Under the pieces are notes generated by a model that saw only the letters and a list, made by a program, of their open reading frames with translations, ran no database searches and was not told the origin of the DNA. The translations under genes and the position numbers were made by a program. From an uncultured Streptococcus sp. (lineage in GTDB: Bacteria > Bacillota > Bacilli > Lactobacillales > Aerococcaceae), in the NCBI GenBank assembly GCA_902479935.1, contig CABSQV010000008.1, forward strand, positions 1,218-65,217: a stretch of DNA of 64,000 nt, in the 5' to 3' direction. Of the stretch, positions 43,561-53,931 are shown piece by piece (position 1 is the stretch's first letter; each line of letters opens with the position of its first letter).

Positions 43561-44490
43561 CTAAACTTCTTTATTTTCTGCAATTAATTGTGTTAAACGA
43601 TTCGTGAAGCTTTCTGTTGCATCGAATCCCATTTTCTTCGCACGGAAATTCATACATGCCACTTCTAAGATAATCGAAACGTTACGACCAGTCTTCACTG
43701 GGATGCGGATTTTCGGAACCTCAACACCCAACAATTCAACATTTTCCATATATCCACCTAAACGGTCATATCTCTTATCAGGTGTCCAGTTTTCAAGATG
43801 AACCACTAAATCGACTTGTTTTTGATCCAGAATTGCCCCTGCACCAAAGAGCGTCATCACATCCACAATACCAACACCGCGGATTTCGATTAAGTTGTTC
43901 AAGATTTCTGGTGCTTCCCCGATTAATGTTAATTCATCGTATTGATACAATTCTACTCGGTCATCCGCAACAAGACGGTGTCCTTTTTGCACAAGCTCTA
44001 ACGCAGTTTCAGATTTACCGACGCCACTTTCACCTGTAATCAACAGACCAATTCCGAATACATCGAGTAATACACCGTGTACCGAAGAACGCTCCGCCAA
44101 TCTTCCTTCTAAGAAGTTTGTGACACTACTTGATACTTGTGTTGTCTTCGAAGTTGCTTGTAAGATTGGAATTTGCGCTTTTGCAGCAGCTTCCACTAAT
44201 TCTTTTGGCGGTTCTAGTTTTCTTGAAATAATAAAACATGGTGTCTCTGGTTTACAAAGACGTTCCATCACTTCTAATCGAATCCCTTCATCCATGGATG
44301 CCACAAAAGAAGTTTCTGTACGACCTAATAACTGGATACGTTCTGCTGGATAGAAATTTAAAAATCCTGCTAATTCTAATCCCGGTCTTGAAATTTCACT
44401 TGTAACGATTGGACGGTCAAGATACTCCTCTCCATAAATTGGTTTTAAATGAATATTCTTGATTAATTCTCTAACCGTAACACTTTTCAT
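43561..44490 (-). CDS. hprK: HPr kinase/phosphorylase
   Basis: Start at ATG 44490 after a GAGGGA RBS. P-loop GESGVGKSE present. Confidence 0.95.
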   Translation of the reverse strand: MKSVTVRELIKNIHLKPIYGEEYLDRPIVTSEISRPGLELAGFLNFYPAERIQLLGRTETSFVASMDEGIRLEVMERLCKPETPCFIISRKLEPPKELVEAAAKAQIPILQATSKTTQVSSSVTNFLEGRLAERSSVHGVLLDVFGIGLLITGESGVGKSETALELVQKGHRLVADDRVELYQYDELTLIGEAPEILNNLIEIRGVGIVDVMTLFGAGAILDQKQVDLVVHLENWTPDKRYDRLGGYMENVELLGVEVPKIRIPVKTGRNVSIILEVACMNFRAKKMGFDATESFTNRLTQLIAENKEV

Positions 44491-44686
44491 ATTATCCCTC
44501 ATTTCTTTATACCCTTCTACTATACCATATTTGAGCGCTTTCTTGTATGCTTTTAGAATTTATTAAACTTCTGTTCATTCTGCCAAATAATCTAAAAAAT
44601 ATTTTTTTAAAAAAATTGATCAACCTACTTGAATATTTTATAGGATTTTATATAATAGTCTAAGTTTCTGAATAGGAGGAAAAAAC

Positions 44687-45136
44687 ATGGTATTTTATTC
44701 ATATGAATTTTTAAAAAGTAAAGTTCAACAAATTGATTATATTCAATTAGGACTGACACTTTTTGTCATTGTTATTTTAGCAATTGCCTTATATCGTTAT
44801 TTTAAAAATAAACAAGACACAAAATTTCGCGAATTAGCATTAATCGCCGTCATCGGTATCTTAATTCTTGCTGGTTCTAAGATTGCTGGCTTACAGTCTT
44901 CTAAAAATTCAGAAAATCAATATTCTGGAGCCCTTCGCTTCGTTGAAACGATCGCTCAAGATTTACATGTTAATAAAGAAGATGTCTATATTAATACTGA
45001 AGCCGCAACGGATGGAGCCATCGTAAAAGTTGGCGATCAATTCTATCGAGTATTAACAGGAGATAGCCCTGAACATTACCTACTCGAAAAAATGGAATTG
45101 CAAAATCCAAAAGTGACGATTAAGGAGGCTGAATAA
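44687..45136 (+). CDS. DUF3290-like small membrane protein
   Basis: 149 aa with two N-terminal TM helices. It is paired with a DUF421-type gene, a common arrangement in Lactobacillales. Confidence 0.65.
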   Translation: MVFYSYEFLKSKVQQIDYIQLGLTLFVIVILAIALYRYFKNKQDTKFRELALIAVIGILILAGSKIAGLQSSKNSENQYSGALRFVETIAQDLHVNKEDVYINTEAATDGAIVKVGDQFYRVLTGDSPEHYLLEKMELQNPKVTIKEAE

Positions 45137-45137
45137 G

Positions 45138-45770
45138 TTGAACTTTTCATATATCGATGTCGCAATCAAACTTGCACTTGGACTATTATCATTAATTGTT
45201 GTTATCAACTACACAGGTAAGGGAAATCTTGCTCCAACCTCTGCCAGTGACCAAGTACAAAACTATGTACTCGGGGGAATTATCGGGGGTGTGATTTATA
45301 ATCCCTCCATTACCATCTTACAATACTGCATCATCTTATTAATCTGGTTCGCCTTAGTGTTGTCGCTTCGTTGGGTAAAAACAAACAACCCCCAAGTCAA
45401 GAAGTTGATTGACGGAGAACCTCTACAGTTAATTAGACATGGGAAAATTGATGTTGAAAATGTGCGTTTAGCTGGTCTAACGGCTCAAGAAGTTGCCTTC
45501 AAACTACGCGCACAAGGTGTCTTCTCTATTCGCGACGTAAAAAGTGCGATTTTAGAACAAAATGGACAATTAATTCTTACAAAAGCTGGAGAAGAAAATC
45601 CAAAATATCCATTAATTACAGATGGAGTTATTCAACAAAACGTTCTAGAATTCATCGACAAAACAGAAGATTGGGTTACTGAACAACTGGCAGCTCAAGA
45701 TATCCAAGATGTTTCAGATGTATTCCTTGCAGAGTACAATAGCGGCCAATTAATGGTTGTTAAATACTAA
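45138..45770 (+). CDS. DUF421 (YetF-like) membrane protein
   Basis: 210 aa with a TTG start after an AGGAGG RBS. N-terminal TM helices and a C-terminal soluble domain. Confidence 0.7.
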   Translation: MNFSYIDVAIKLALGLLSLIVVINYTGKGNLAPTSASDQVQNYVLGGIIGGVIYNPSITILQYCIILLIWFALVLSLRWVKTNNPQVKKLIDGEPLQLIRHGKIDVENVRLAGLTAQEVAFKLRAQGVFSIRDVKSAILEQNGQLILTKAGEENPKYPLITDGVIQQNVLEFIDKTEDWVTEQLAAQDIQDVSDVFLAEYNSGQLMVVKY

Positions 45771-45782
45771 TTAAATCCAAAC

Positions 45783-45818
45783 AAAAATAAGCGACCAATT
45801 TGGTCGCTTATTTTTTTA
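45783..45818. terminator. Bidirectional terminator
   Basis: Hairpin ataagcgacca-att-tggtcgcttat, flanked by an A-run and a T-run. Confidence 0.8.
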
Positions 45819-45822
45819 TTGA

Positions 45823-46161
45823 TTAGTCTACTAGATTTTCAACAAAGCGTTGGAAAATCACTAACAGAACGCTCACCACTAAGGTAATGAATGGACTCTC
45901 AAATGAGAACCCAGGTCCTACAACCCATGATGTTAAGCTTAACATCATCGCATTTAACACAAAGCTAAAGCATCCAAACGTTACAATCGTGACGGGTAAA
46001 GTTAAAAGGAATAAAATCGGTTTAACAGATAGGTTTAGTACCGCAAGAACGATACTTGCAACAAGCGCTGCTACCCAGTTCGTAACGTAAAATTGTGGTA
46101 CAAACCACGCAATCACCAAGAACCCTAATGTGTTAATGGCAATCTTTTTAGTAATTGACAC
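45823..46161 (-). CDS. DUF360 / holin family IV-like membrane protein (YvlD-like)
   Basis: 112 aa with four TM helices. GTG start overlaps the stop codon of the PspC-domain gene. Confidence 0.7.
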   Translation of the reverse strand: MSITKKIAINTLGFLVIAWFVPQFYVTNWVAALVASIVLAVLNLSVKPILFLLTLPVTIVTFGCFSFVLNAMMLSLTSWVVGPGFSFESPFITLVVSVLLVIFQRFVENLVD

Positions 46162-46460
46162 TAAAAATCACTCCAATCGTCGTCATCATCTTCCTCTACG
46201 CGGCGCGCCGTTTTACGCGGGCGAGAGCTTCCAGAAGTGTAATAGTAAGTATTTCTGCGTCTATTGTCACGATAATACCCAGTGCTTTCTTCTGGAATAA
46301 TGATAGCAAGTAAGATGTAAAGGATGATAGGGAAACCTGAGAAACTACAAATAATAAACAGCACACGTACAATTGTTGGATCTACATCGAAGTATTCTGC
46401 AATACCGCCCATAACCCCACAAACAACTCTGTTCTTTCTTGAGCGTCTTAATTTTTTCAT
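46161..46460 (-). CDS. PspC domain protein (YvlC-like)
   Basis: PspC domain (VCGVMGGIAEYFDVDPTIVRVLFI), one TM helix and an acidic tail. Confidence 0.8.
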   Translation of the reverse strand: MKKLRRSRKNRVVCGVMGGIAEYFDVDPTIVRVLFIICSFSGFPIILYILLAIIIPEESTGYYRDNRRRNTYYYTSGSSRPRKTARRVEEDDDDDWSDF

Positions 46461-46465
46461 TTTGT

Positions 46466-47902
46466 TTATCCTTCTTTCTTGCTACTTGAATCTGATTGTA
46501 GCTGATTTACTTGTATATTTCCAGTTGTAGTTTCTGCGACTACTCTTGTCATTGAGTTTCGAGTTTTACGAATCAATGCACTTCTTTCTGCTAAATCCTT
46601 CGTTTGTCGAATCACTTCAAAGACTGTTTCATCAAAGTGAATCGAACCAAGTGACGTTTCAATTTCGGCTTCCAGTCCGACTTCTTCAGCAACTTCAATT
46701 TTAATATTTCCGTTTACTGTTTCAACGTCTACTTTTTTCGTTTCAGGATGCGCCACTGCTACTTTAATGTTCCCTGTCACTGCTTCTAGTTTTGTACCAA
46801 GGAACTTACCATCTAGATGGATATTTCCGTTTACCGTTTCAGACACGATATCTTTGAATTCGAGGTGTTCGTATTTAAGGTTTCCGTTCACTGTTTCGGC
46901 TTCAAGAAGAACCCCTTTAACATCTTTCAAGCGAATATCTCCATTATCCACTTCGAAGTAGTAATCTTTTCCTTCTAACTCTTTCAAATGAATAGTTGTA
47001 TTCAAGCCTTTGATGGCTACATAATCGTACACTTTTTGCGGAAGGGAAATCGTCCAATCGCAATAAACGCGCTTGCTGACACTCTTGATAACAATCTTAT
47101 CGTCGTCTACGCCAACCCTCACGCGGTCACGAACAAATCCTTCTGCATCGAAGAACTCTTCGTCTTGTGCAGCCACGCGGCAATTCCCTTCAATGGTCAT
47201 TGTGTTGCCAGGAACAGTCTTCACACGAACAATTCCGTTGGCCACTTTGAAATCGAGAATGCTCGCATCATCAATCACTTGATGGAAATGATACGGTACT
47301 TTTTTGCCGTTTTTGGCTTCTAAATATGGCAGGTTCACTTCTGTATTTTGAATAACTGATCCTACCGCGGTCACAATGGAGTCTGCAAATTTTGCAGCCC
47401 ATGAAGAGATATTTCCCGCTGTTCTACGAGTTTTATCTTCCCAGTCAGTGTCTTGCACTTTCTTCTTCGCTTTCTTAAAGCTTTCTTCCCATTCTTCTTT
47501 CTTCTCAGCTTTCATTTTGGCATCGGCTTGTTTCTTCTCTTGTAACAAGCTCTTATATTGGCTGTTCAACTGTTCTGCTTCTTCTTGCAAGCGAACCAGT
47601 TCCATCTCTTCATCTACTGTCAACGGTTCAAGTTGCTCAGCCGTTTTGATTTCATCGATACGGCGATCGATTTCTTTTGTACGTTTTAAGACCGCTTGAA
47701 TTGATTCATCTGTTTGGTCGCTTTGAGCTGAGAATTTTGTAAATACACTCGCCACACCTTCTAATACAGAATCGACTTGGCTTGAAGTTGGCTGTTCTTT
47801 GTTGCTTGCCTTCTCACCCATTTTTTCGAGTAAGACCACTGCTTCCTCTGCTGAAATAATTCCTTTGTCTACTAATTCTAAAATTCTATCTTTTTGATTC
47901 AT
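46466..47902 (-). CDS. DUF4097 / LiaG-like repeat protein (YvlB-like)
   Basis: 478 aa. N-terminal SHOCT-like helix, a coiled-coil region, then repeated VNGNI/TGNI beta-strand motifs. Confidence 0.7.
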   Translation of the reverse strand: MNQKDRILELVDKGIISAEEAVVLLEKMGEKASNKEQPTSSQVDSVLEGVASVFTKFSAQSDQTDESIQAVLKRTKEIDRRIDEIKTAEQLEPLTVDEEMELVRLQEEAEQLNSQYKSLLQEKKQADAKMKAEKKEEWEESFKKAKKKVQDTDWEDKTRRTAGNISSWAAKFADSIVTAVGSVIQNTEVNLPYLEAKNGKKVPYHFHQVIDDASILDFKVANGIVRVKTVPGNTMTIEGNCRVAAQDEEFFDAEGFVRDRVRVGVDDDKIVIKSVSKRVYCDWTISLPQKVYDYVAIKGLNTTIHLKELEGKDYYFEVDNGDIRLKDVKGVLLEAETVNGNLKYEHLEFKDIVSETVNGNIHLDGKFLGTKLEAVTGNIKVAVAHPETKKVDVETVNGNIKIEVAEEVGLEAEIETSLGSIHFDETVFEVIRQTKDLAERSALIRKTRNSMTRVVAETTTGNIQVNQLQSDSSSKKEG

Positions 47903-48118
47903 TTTCGTTTCCCCCTTAAATCGGTTCGTTCTTGATTACATTCTTAGTGTACCGAACTTCCAAAACGAAAACATAGGTCCTAAGGTTGATTTTTATCCCA
48001 AACTTCTCTAAACCTAAAGTTGTATTTTTGAATTTCGTCCCTTTTTCATTCTATATCTTGCGTGGCTATCCATTTGTTGTTACACTTTGGGTACAGTAAT
48101 AGTAGGAGTTGGAAAGTA

Positions 48119-48883
48119 ATGACAAAAAAGGAAGTCCCATTGAAATCGCATGAGCGACTCGATCGACTCGAAAAAGAAAATATCGATATCATTCAAAGTC
48201 GTGAGGTCTTCTCCTTTTCACTGGATGCTGTCCTTTTAGCAGACTTTGCCAATATCGCCGAGCGTAGAAAGGCTACAATCGTTGACCTCTGCTCGGGTAA
48301 TGGTGCGGTGGCATTTTTACTCAGCCATAAAACGCAGAATCACATTACCGCTGTTGAAATCCAAGAACAGCTCTGGGACATGGCGATGCGTACCAACCAA
48401 CTCAATAACTTAGAAGACCGCATCACGTTTATCAATCAGGATATTCGTCAGTTGAAAGGCATTATCCCGAAAGACTCGGTCGATTTTATTACATGTAATC
48501 CACCTTACTTCAAGGTAAAGGAAACCAATCAAACCAATTTGAAGGAAGCTTACACGATTGCCCGTCATGAAGTGCATTTGCCACTCGAAGACTTACTTGA
48601 GACGATTTCTGGCCTTTTAAAGATGAAGGGAAAAGCCTATCTCGTACATAGACCCGACCGCCTCACAGATATTTTAACCGAAGCAAGACAGCACCGCCTC
48701 GAAGCGAAACGCGTGCAATTCGTCTATCCAAAAGAAGGCAAAGAAAGCAATATCGTCCTCATTGAATTAATGAAGGACGGACTACCAGGCGGCCTTAAAG
48801 TATTGCCACCGGTTACGGTTTTCGATGAGCATCAAGAATATACGCAGAAGATTAGAAGCATCCTCTGGGGGGACGAATCATGA
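48119..48883 (+). CDS. SAM-dependent methyltransferase, tRNA1(Val) m6A37 type (YabB-like)
   Basis: Start at ATG 48119. Motifs DLCSGNG and NPPYF. Synteny with yazA and rsmI as in Bacillus. Confidence 0.8.
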   Translation: MTKKEVPLKSHERLDRLEKENIDIIQSREVFSFSLDAVLLADFANIAERRKATIVDLCSGNGAVAFLLSHKTQNHITAVEIQEQLWDMAMRTNQLNNLEDRITFINQDIRQLKGIIPKDSVDFITCNPPYFKVKETNQTNLKEAYTIARHEVHLPLEDLLETISGLLKMKGKAYLVHRPDRLTDILTEARQHRLEAKRVQFVYPKEGKESNIVLIELMKDGLPGGLKVLPPVTVFDEHQEYTQKIRSILWGDES

Positions 48884-49203
48884 GCCAGTTCTTTATGTAC
48901 GTCCTTCTCTGCAAGGACCAAACCTTTTATACGGGCTATACGGTTGATTTGGAGAAACGAATCGCGACTCACAATGCCGGAAAAGGTGCTAAATATACAA
49001 GGGTGAGAACTCCCGTCACTCTCCTTTACGCTAAAGAATTTGCTACAAAGCAAGAAGCGATGAAAGCAGAAGCGGCATTCAAAAAATTCTCTCGCCCAAA
49101 AAAGGAAACATTTCTACAGACGATTGGCGCAAGTGTCGACCGTCCTGTCATTATTTACTTAGAAGGAGAACAGCCTCATGAGACAACAGAGTTATCGGAC
49201 TGA
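48880..49203 (+). CDS. GIY-YIG nuclease family protein (YazA/UPF0213)
   Basis: 107 aa with a GIY-YIG motif ([17 protein letters not shown]). Confidence 0.85.
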   Translation: MSQFFMYVLLCKDQTFYTGYTVDLEKRIATHNAGKGAKYTRVRTPVTLLYAKEFATKQEAMKAEAAFKKFSRPKKETFLQTIGASVDRPVIIYLEGEQPHETTELSD

Positions 49204-50068
49204 AGGGACAGGAAAACTATTCCTTGTTCCTACTCCGATTGGTAACTTAGAAGATATGACTTTCCGCGCGGTTAATACTCTACGCGCCGTGGATTTAATC
49301 CTAGCCGAAGATACACGTCATACGCAAAAGTTACTCAATCATTTTGAAATCGAGACTCCGCAAAAGAGTTTCCATGAACATAATACGCAGGAGCGAATTC
49401 CTCAAGTCATCGAGTGGTTGCAAGAAGGGAAAAACATCGCACAAGTAAGTGACGCCGGTACACCATCGATTAGTGACCCAGGATTTGAGCTCGTGCAAGC
49501 CTGCGTTGAAGTTGGCATTCCTGTTATTCCTCTTCCAGGGGCAAATGCGGGAATTACGGCTCTTATCGCGAGCGGCCTCGTCCCTCAACCGTTCTATTTT
49601 TACGGCTTTTTACCACGTAAAAAGAAAGAAAAAATCGAAGCGCTCGAACAATTACGCACACATAGTGAAACGGTGATTTTATACGAATCTCCATTCCGTT
49701 TGAAAGATACATTCTCGGCGATTCAAACCGTCTACGGCGAACAACAATCCGTTGTGTTATGCCGCGAGTTGACGAAAACTTACGAAGAGTTTATTCGCGG
49801 AACAGCCGCAGAACTCGTTACCCTTGTAAACGAGGAAGAATTAAAAGGCGAATGCTGCATCTTGATTGGTTCTAAAAATCCTGATGAAGTGACAACTGCT
49901 CTAGCCGGTGCGTTAGAAGAAAATACGCCAGACGCTTCACTTTCGATTGCCGAACAGGTTGACTGGTTTATGGAACATCAAAGTCTTGCTCAAAAAGATG
50001 CGATTAAAGCTGTCGCAAAACATCTTGGCCTTAAGAAGCAAGAAGTCTACAAAGAAATCCATGCATAA
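49178..50068 (+). CDS. rsmI: 16S rRNA (cytidine1402-2'-O)-methyltransferase
   Basis: 296 aa. N-terminus [34 protein letters not shown]. Confidence 0.9.
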   Translation: MRQQSYRTEGTGKLFLVPTPIGNLEDMTFRAVNTLRAVDLILAEDTRHTQKLLNHFEIETPQKSFHEHNTQERIPQVIEWLQEGKNIAQVSDAGTPSISDPGFELVQACVEVGIPVIPLPGANAGITALIASGLVPQPFYFYGFLPRKKKEKIEALEQLRTHSETVILYESPFRLKDTFSAIQTVYGEQQSVVLCRELTKTYEEFIRGTAAELVTLVNEEELKGECCILIGSKNPDEVTTALAGALEENTPDASLSIAEQVDWFMEHQSLAQKDAIKAVAKHLGLKKQEVYKEIHA

Positions 50069-50110
50069 TATTTTATCTGTTGATTATTCCAAATCCTTAC
50101 GGATTTCTTC

Positions 50111-50240
50111 ATAATAGCTGTAATGGGATATCGGTTCGAGCCGAAGTCTCTCACCTTCAAAGCCTCAAAAACGGGAGTAAGGAATACATTCCTAACTCCC
50201 GTTAATTCGTTTTGATATCATTCCCTATTACCGCTATTAT
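50111..50240 (+). repeat. Structured intergenic repeat, copy 6
   Basis: Closing stem ataatagctgtaatggga / tccctattaccgctattat. Core tatcggttcgagccgaagtctctcacc, ..gcctcaaa, cgggagtaagga..tcctaactcccg, ttaattc. Confidence 0.9.
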
Positions 50241-50308
50241 AGAATCCGTAAGATTTTCCATAATCAACGAGCTTTGAATTTTATGATGGTTTCCTCTACG
50301 ATAAAACA

Positions 50309-50340
50309 CAAAAAACAACACCCAAGCAAAGCTTGGGTGT
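50309..50340 (-). terminator. Terminator of the sulfatase/FGE/TauE operon
   Basis: On the minus strand: ACACCCAAGC-TTT-GCTTGGGTGT followed by TGTTTTTTG, immediately after the TauE stop. Confidence 0.8.
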
Positions 50341-50344
50341 TTGT

Positions 50345-51130
50345 TTATACTCCGATAAATTTAAATACATTGAAGGCGGTCATAAATACTAATATAGCCA
50401 TCAATCCTAAATAGAGTTTTTCAACGGCTTCGTGCGTGAGTTTCGATTGAATTTTTGTTCCAATCCAACCACCCAGTACCGCAAAAATCGCAATCGCTAA
50501 AATCACGTGACTGACATTGTTGTATTTTTCAAAGTCACGAATGACGGTGCCCATCTTAATAATCTGTGCAAAGAAAATCATCAAAATCGAATACGCTGCT
50601 GCGTCTTTGGCTTTCATCGAGAAGAAGTAAACCAGAAGTGCAATATTCAACGGTCCACCGCCAATTCCAAGATAGACAGAAATCATACCGACTGTTAGCC
50701 CAATCGTCACAATCGCCACAAGGTTTGACACCTCTAGCGTTCGAATGCTTTCCTTATTGAGTGTGAATAAAATAATGCCACCGAGTAATAAGAATAGAAT
50801 CACGGATTGCGTCGCACTCACTGCCTGGCTGCCCCAGCTGTCTACTGCATGAAGGAAAATCACGTCTCCGATTTTTCCACCGACAATCGACCCGAACGCC
50901 AGACCTAAAGCGATTTGTTTTTGGACATGAAAGCCTTGCTTACTTCGTTTGTAAATCGAAACAAGACACATCGTAAACACGGCCACAGTCGAGTACACAC
51001 TAATCATGCTCGTGGTATCGATGCCCACAAAATCAAAGGCAGGTTTGATAATAATGCCACCACCTAAACCAGTAATCGCACCAATCATCGTTGCACATAA
51101 CACGATAATACTATAAATAATAATATGCAT
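50345..51130 (-). CDS. TauE/SafE family sulfite/organosulfonate exporter-like permease
   Basis: 261 aa, about 8 TM helices, with glycine-rich TauE-type repeats. Confidence 0.8.
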   Translation of the reverse strand: MHIIIYSIIVLCATMIGAITGLGGGIIIKPAFDFVGIDTTSMISVYSTVAVFTMCLVSIYKRSKQGFHVQKQIALGLAFGSIVGGKIGDVIFLHAVDSWGSQAVSATQSVILFLLLGGIILFTLNKESIRTLEVSNLVAIVTIGLTVGMISVYLGIGGGPLNIALLVYFFSMKAKDAAAYSILMIFFAQIIKMGTVIRDFEKYNNVSHVILAIAIFAVLGGWIGTKIQSKLTHEAVEKLYLGLMAILVFMTAFNVFKFIGV

Positions 51131-51981
51131 TAGCGACCTCCAACATTACGGACACATCTAAACCCTAAATGGCTCGAGGTTGAGTCCCACAATGCGCCAT
51201 TACGGGCGGCGACGCGATACCTATTGCAGTATGAGCAATGGCATAAGAAGGAGCCTCCACGAATGGCATATTCATATTCAAAATTAATCGGGCGAGAGGC
51301 GTCTTCTTCAATTTCTTCAAATGCAATTCCGCGATGATTACAGCACCATTCCCAGACATTTCCAATCATTTGATAGAGTCCGAATCCGTTTGGTTCAAAG
51401 CTCTTCACGGGTGCCGTTCCTAAAAAACCGTCCGCTTTCGTATTCGTATTTGGGAAATCCCCTTGCCAAGTATTGGCATGAAACTCTCCGTCTTCTTCGA
51501 GGTCATCTCCCCATGGAAATTGCGTGGTTGTCCCACCACGTGCTGCGTATTCCCATTGCGTTTCTGTCGGCAATTTCACCTTTGCCCAATCACAATAAGC
51601 TAGTGCATCCTGCAAAGATACGTGCACCACTGGATGGTCCATCACATCATCAATCGAAGACTCGGGCCCTGTTGGATGATTCCAACAAGCACCTGGCACT
51701 AGAAGCCACCAAGGTGAGCCTGATACATGTCCATACTCTGCTCTTTTTTCTGGCTCAACGAATAGGTGAAACACATAAGAATCTCCTATCGTTTCTGCCG
51801 TTGTGGTATAACCTGTCGCATCTATAAAGGCTTTAAACTCACGATTCGTCACGGTCGTATCCGCGATTTCAAACGCAAGCACCTTTTTCATGACTGGTGG
51901 TGCCTCATGGTCTTCGATAAAGCCTTGGCCAAGAGAATCTCCCATTTGAAAGATGCCAGATTTTAAAGGCACAAAATTCAT
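51130..51981 (-). CDS. Formylglycine-generating enzyme (FGE/SUMF1 family)
   Basis: 283 aa. FGE-sulfatase domain signatures (RGGSFLCHCSYCNRYRVAARN, WEWCCN). No signal peptide. Confidence 0.85.
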   Translation of the reverse strand: MNFVPLKSGIFQMGDSLGQGFIEDHEAPPVMKKVLAFEIADTTVTNREFKAFIDATGYTTTAETIGDSYVFHLFVEPEKRAEYGHVSGSPWWLLVPGACWNHPTGPESSIDDVMDHPVVHVSLQDALAYCDWAKVKLPTETQWEYAARGGTTTQFPWGDDLEEDGEFHANTWQGDFPNTNTKADGFLGTAPVKSFEPNGFGLYQMIGNVWEWCCNHRGIAFEEIEEDASRPINFEYEYAIRGGSFLCHCSYCNRYRVAARNGALWDSTSSHLGFRCVRNVGGR

Positions 51982-51982
51982 A

Positions 51983-53446
51983 CTATCGACCTCTCTTTAG
52001 AGTGGAAACGATGCGTTCTAATGGTACTTGGCAAAGTTGCCCGTCTCTCACAAAGCCCTCTTCTCTGTCTTGTAAAATGCGAGCAAGTTTCGCTTTAAAC
52101 TCGTTCACAAGAGAAGTATACTTCGTTTCCGCAATTAAATTGCATTTTTCCTCTGGATCCTCTGTCATATGGAAGAGTTGATACTCGTCTTTGACAGGGA
52201 ACCAAATAAATTTCCATTCATCTGTTAAAATATATTGGCTCGAATCCTCACCTAGGCTATGTTCGCCGTGGAATTCATTACGCCAACCTGCAAATTCGCC
52301 GAATAATAATTGGCGAACGCTCTTACCGTCTGTTTCAACTTTTTCACCTGTCGCAAGCTCTACAAGTGAAGGGAAAACGTCTTGAATCTTCACGAGTTGT
52401 GTGACGCTCTTCTTCGTACCCGCAATCAAGTTACCTGGGTCGAAGATAAACGCTGGAATCTTAATACTTCCTTGGTAAGGATAACCCTTGCGGAATAAAT
52501 AGTGTTCCCCAAGTTGATCCCCGTGGTCACTCACGAACCAGAAAATCGTATTTTCGAGTAAATCAAATTCCTCAACGGCTGTTAAAAAGCGACTTAATTG
52601 ATTATCGATATGCGTGATTAAACCGTAGTACGCTGCCAACATTCTCTTTTGCGCGTCCGCTGGAATCTTACCGCGTTTGGCATAGAGGCTTGGAATCTTC
52701 TCTTCGAGTTCTTCCCAGTTCCCAATATGCAAGTCCGATACGTCCCCTAATTTATCCATGTATAAATCATAGAAATACTTCGGCGGATTGAGAGGCGCAT
52801 GAGGTTTTTCAAACGACATCTTCAAGAAGAACGGAACGCTTGGGTCACGTCTCTTCAAGAAACGAATGCTTTCACTCACAATCCAGTTGGTTGGGTGGTA
52901 TTTTTCAGGAAGTTCAAAAGGACGGACATCCCATGAATTACAGTTCGCCCCATCATCGATAATATCTGCATCGCTGCCGAGTTCTTGTTTGATCCAATCC
53001 AAGTAATCGCTCGAATGTTCAAACGTTTCGCCGTATGCTTTATTGTATTTGCGGTCGACATGTAAGTAGCCATCGTGTAAGAGAACATGGTCAAATCCCA
53101 TGCGCTTACGGCTTGGATACACATGCATCTTCCCGATACATTCTGTTTGATACCCTAAATCCTTGAATGTTTGAGGAAGTGTATTCGTGTAGTTCCAAGG
53201 CACTTCGTCTTCGTATCCCACTCTTCCGGACTTCTCTTGGTCCATCCCAGTTAAAAGAGCTGCTCTAGCAGGCACACAACTTGGCACTGGTGAGTAGGCA
53301 TTCTCAAAGTTATATCCCATGCTGGCCATCATATCCATCGTTGGTGTTACTACTAAGTCATCACTTCGGTTAATGGACAATGCATCGGCACGCATTTGGT
53401 CCACTACGATGAGGATGACATTTGGTTTTGATTGTTTTTGATTCAT
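51983..53446 (-). CDS. Cys-type sulfatase (arylsulfatase family), apparently cytoplasmic
   Basis: 487 aa. Starts NVILIVVDQMRAD, with active-site motif SCVPARAALLTG (C-x-P-x-R). No signal peptide is visible. Confidence 0.9.
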   Translation of the reverse strand: MNQKQSKPNVILIVVDQMRADALSINRSDDLVVTPTMDMMASMGYNFENAYSPVPSCVPARAALLTGMDQEKSGRVGYEDEVPWNYTNTLPQTFKDLGYQTECIGKMHVYPSRKRMGFDHVLLHDGYLHVDRKYNKAYGETFEHSSDYLDWIKQELGSDADIIDDGANCNSWDVRPFELPEKYHPTNWIVSESIRFLKRRDPSVPFFLKMSFEKPHAPLNPPKYFYDLYMDKLGDVSDLHIGNWEELEEKIPSLYAKRGKIPADAQKRMLAAYYGLITHIDNQLSRFLTAVEEFDLLENTIFWFVSDHGDQLGEHYLFRKGYPYQGSIKIPAFIFDPGNLIAGTKKSVTQLVKIQDVFPSLVELATGEKVETDGKSVRQLLFGEFAGWRNEFHGEHSLGEDSSQYILTDEWKFIWFPVKDEYQLFHMTEDPEEKCNLIAETKYTSLVNEFKAKLARILQDREEGFVRDGQLCQVPLERIVSTLKRGR

Positions 53447-53496
53447 AATACTTTTGCCCCCAAAAAAGTTAAAACGATTTCATCTTTTATTATAAC

Positions 53497-53527
53497 AAAA
53501 GAGCCCGTCCATGGACAGGCTCTTTTT
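53497..53527. terminator. Terminator after yabA (bidirectional shape)
   Basis: Hairpin gagcccgtcc-at-ggacaggctc with one mismatch, flanked by an A-run and a T-run. Confidence 0.75.
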
Positions 53528-53573
53528 AGTACTTTATTGGCTTTTTATATGACAATCTTGCTCTTTTCACGCA

Positions 53574-53915
53574 TTAATCTTCGCTATACAAGATTTCCGT
53601 ACAAAACATACAACTTTCATCGTTTTCTCTACGTTTTCCATAGTACAGGTTGCAAATATGGAATCCTTGGTCGTAGATATTTTCTAAGTTGATGATGGAT
53701 TGGCTTCTTTTTTTCTTTTTAGCCACTTTCTTCGTGTGCGTGTTTGGCTCTAACTCGTCTAAACGATCTTTCAAGTGACGATTTTCCATCGTTAAATTAT
53801 GATTCTCTTCGATTACTTTTTGCAACTCTTCAGAAATCTGTTCGAGCTCATGTAATTGCAACAAAGTTTGTTTTGTTAACCGTTCGATTCGATCATACAA
53901 TTGTCTGTTTGGCAT
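53574..53915 (-). CDS. yabA: DNA replication initiation control protein YabA
   Basis: 113 aa. N-terminal coiled coil and a C-terminal Zn-binding motif (H.C...C..C). Position downstream of holB. Confidence 0.85.
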   Translation of the reverse strand: MPNRQLYDRIERLTKQTLLQLHELEQISEELQKVIEENHNLTMENRHLKDRLDELEPNTHTKKVAKKKKRSQSIINLENIYDQGFHICNLYYGKRRENDESCMFCTEILYSED

Positions 53916-53931
53916 TCACGCACCTCCTATC

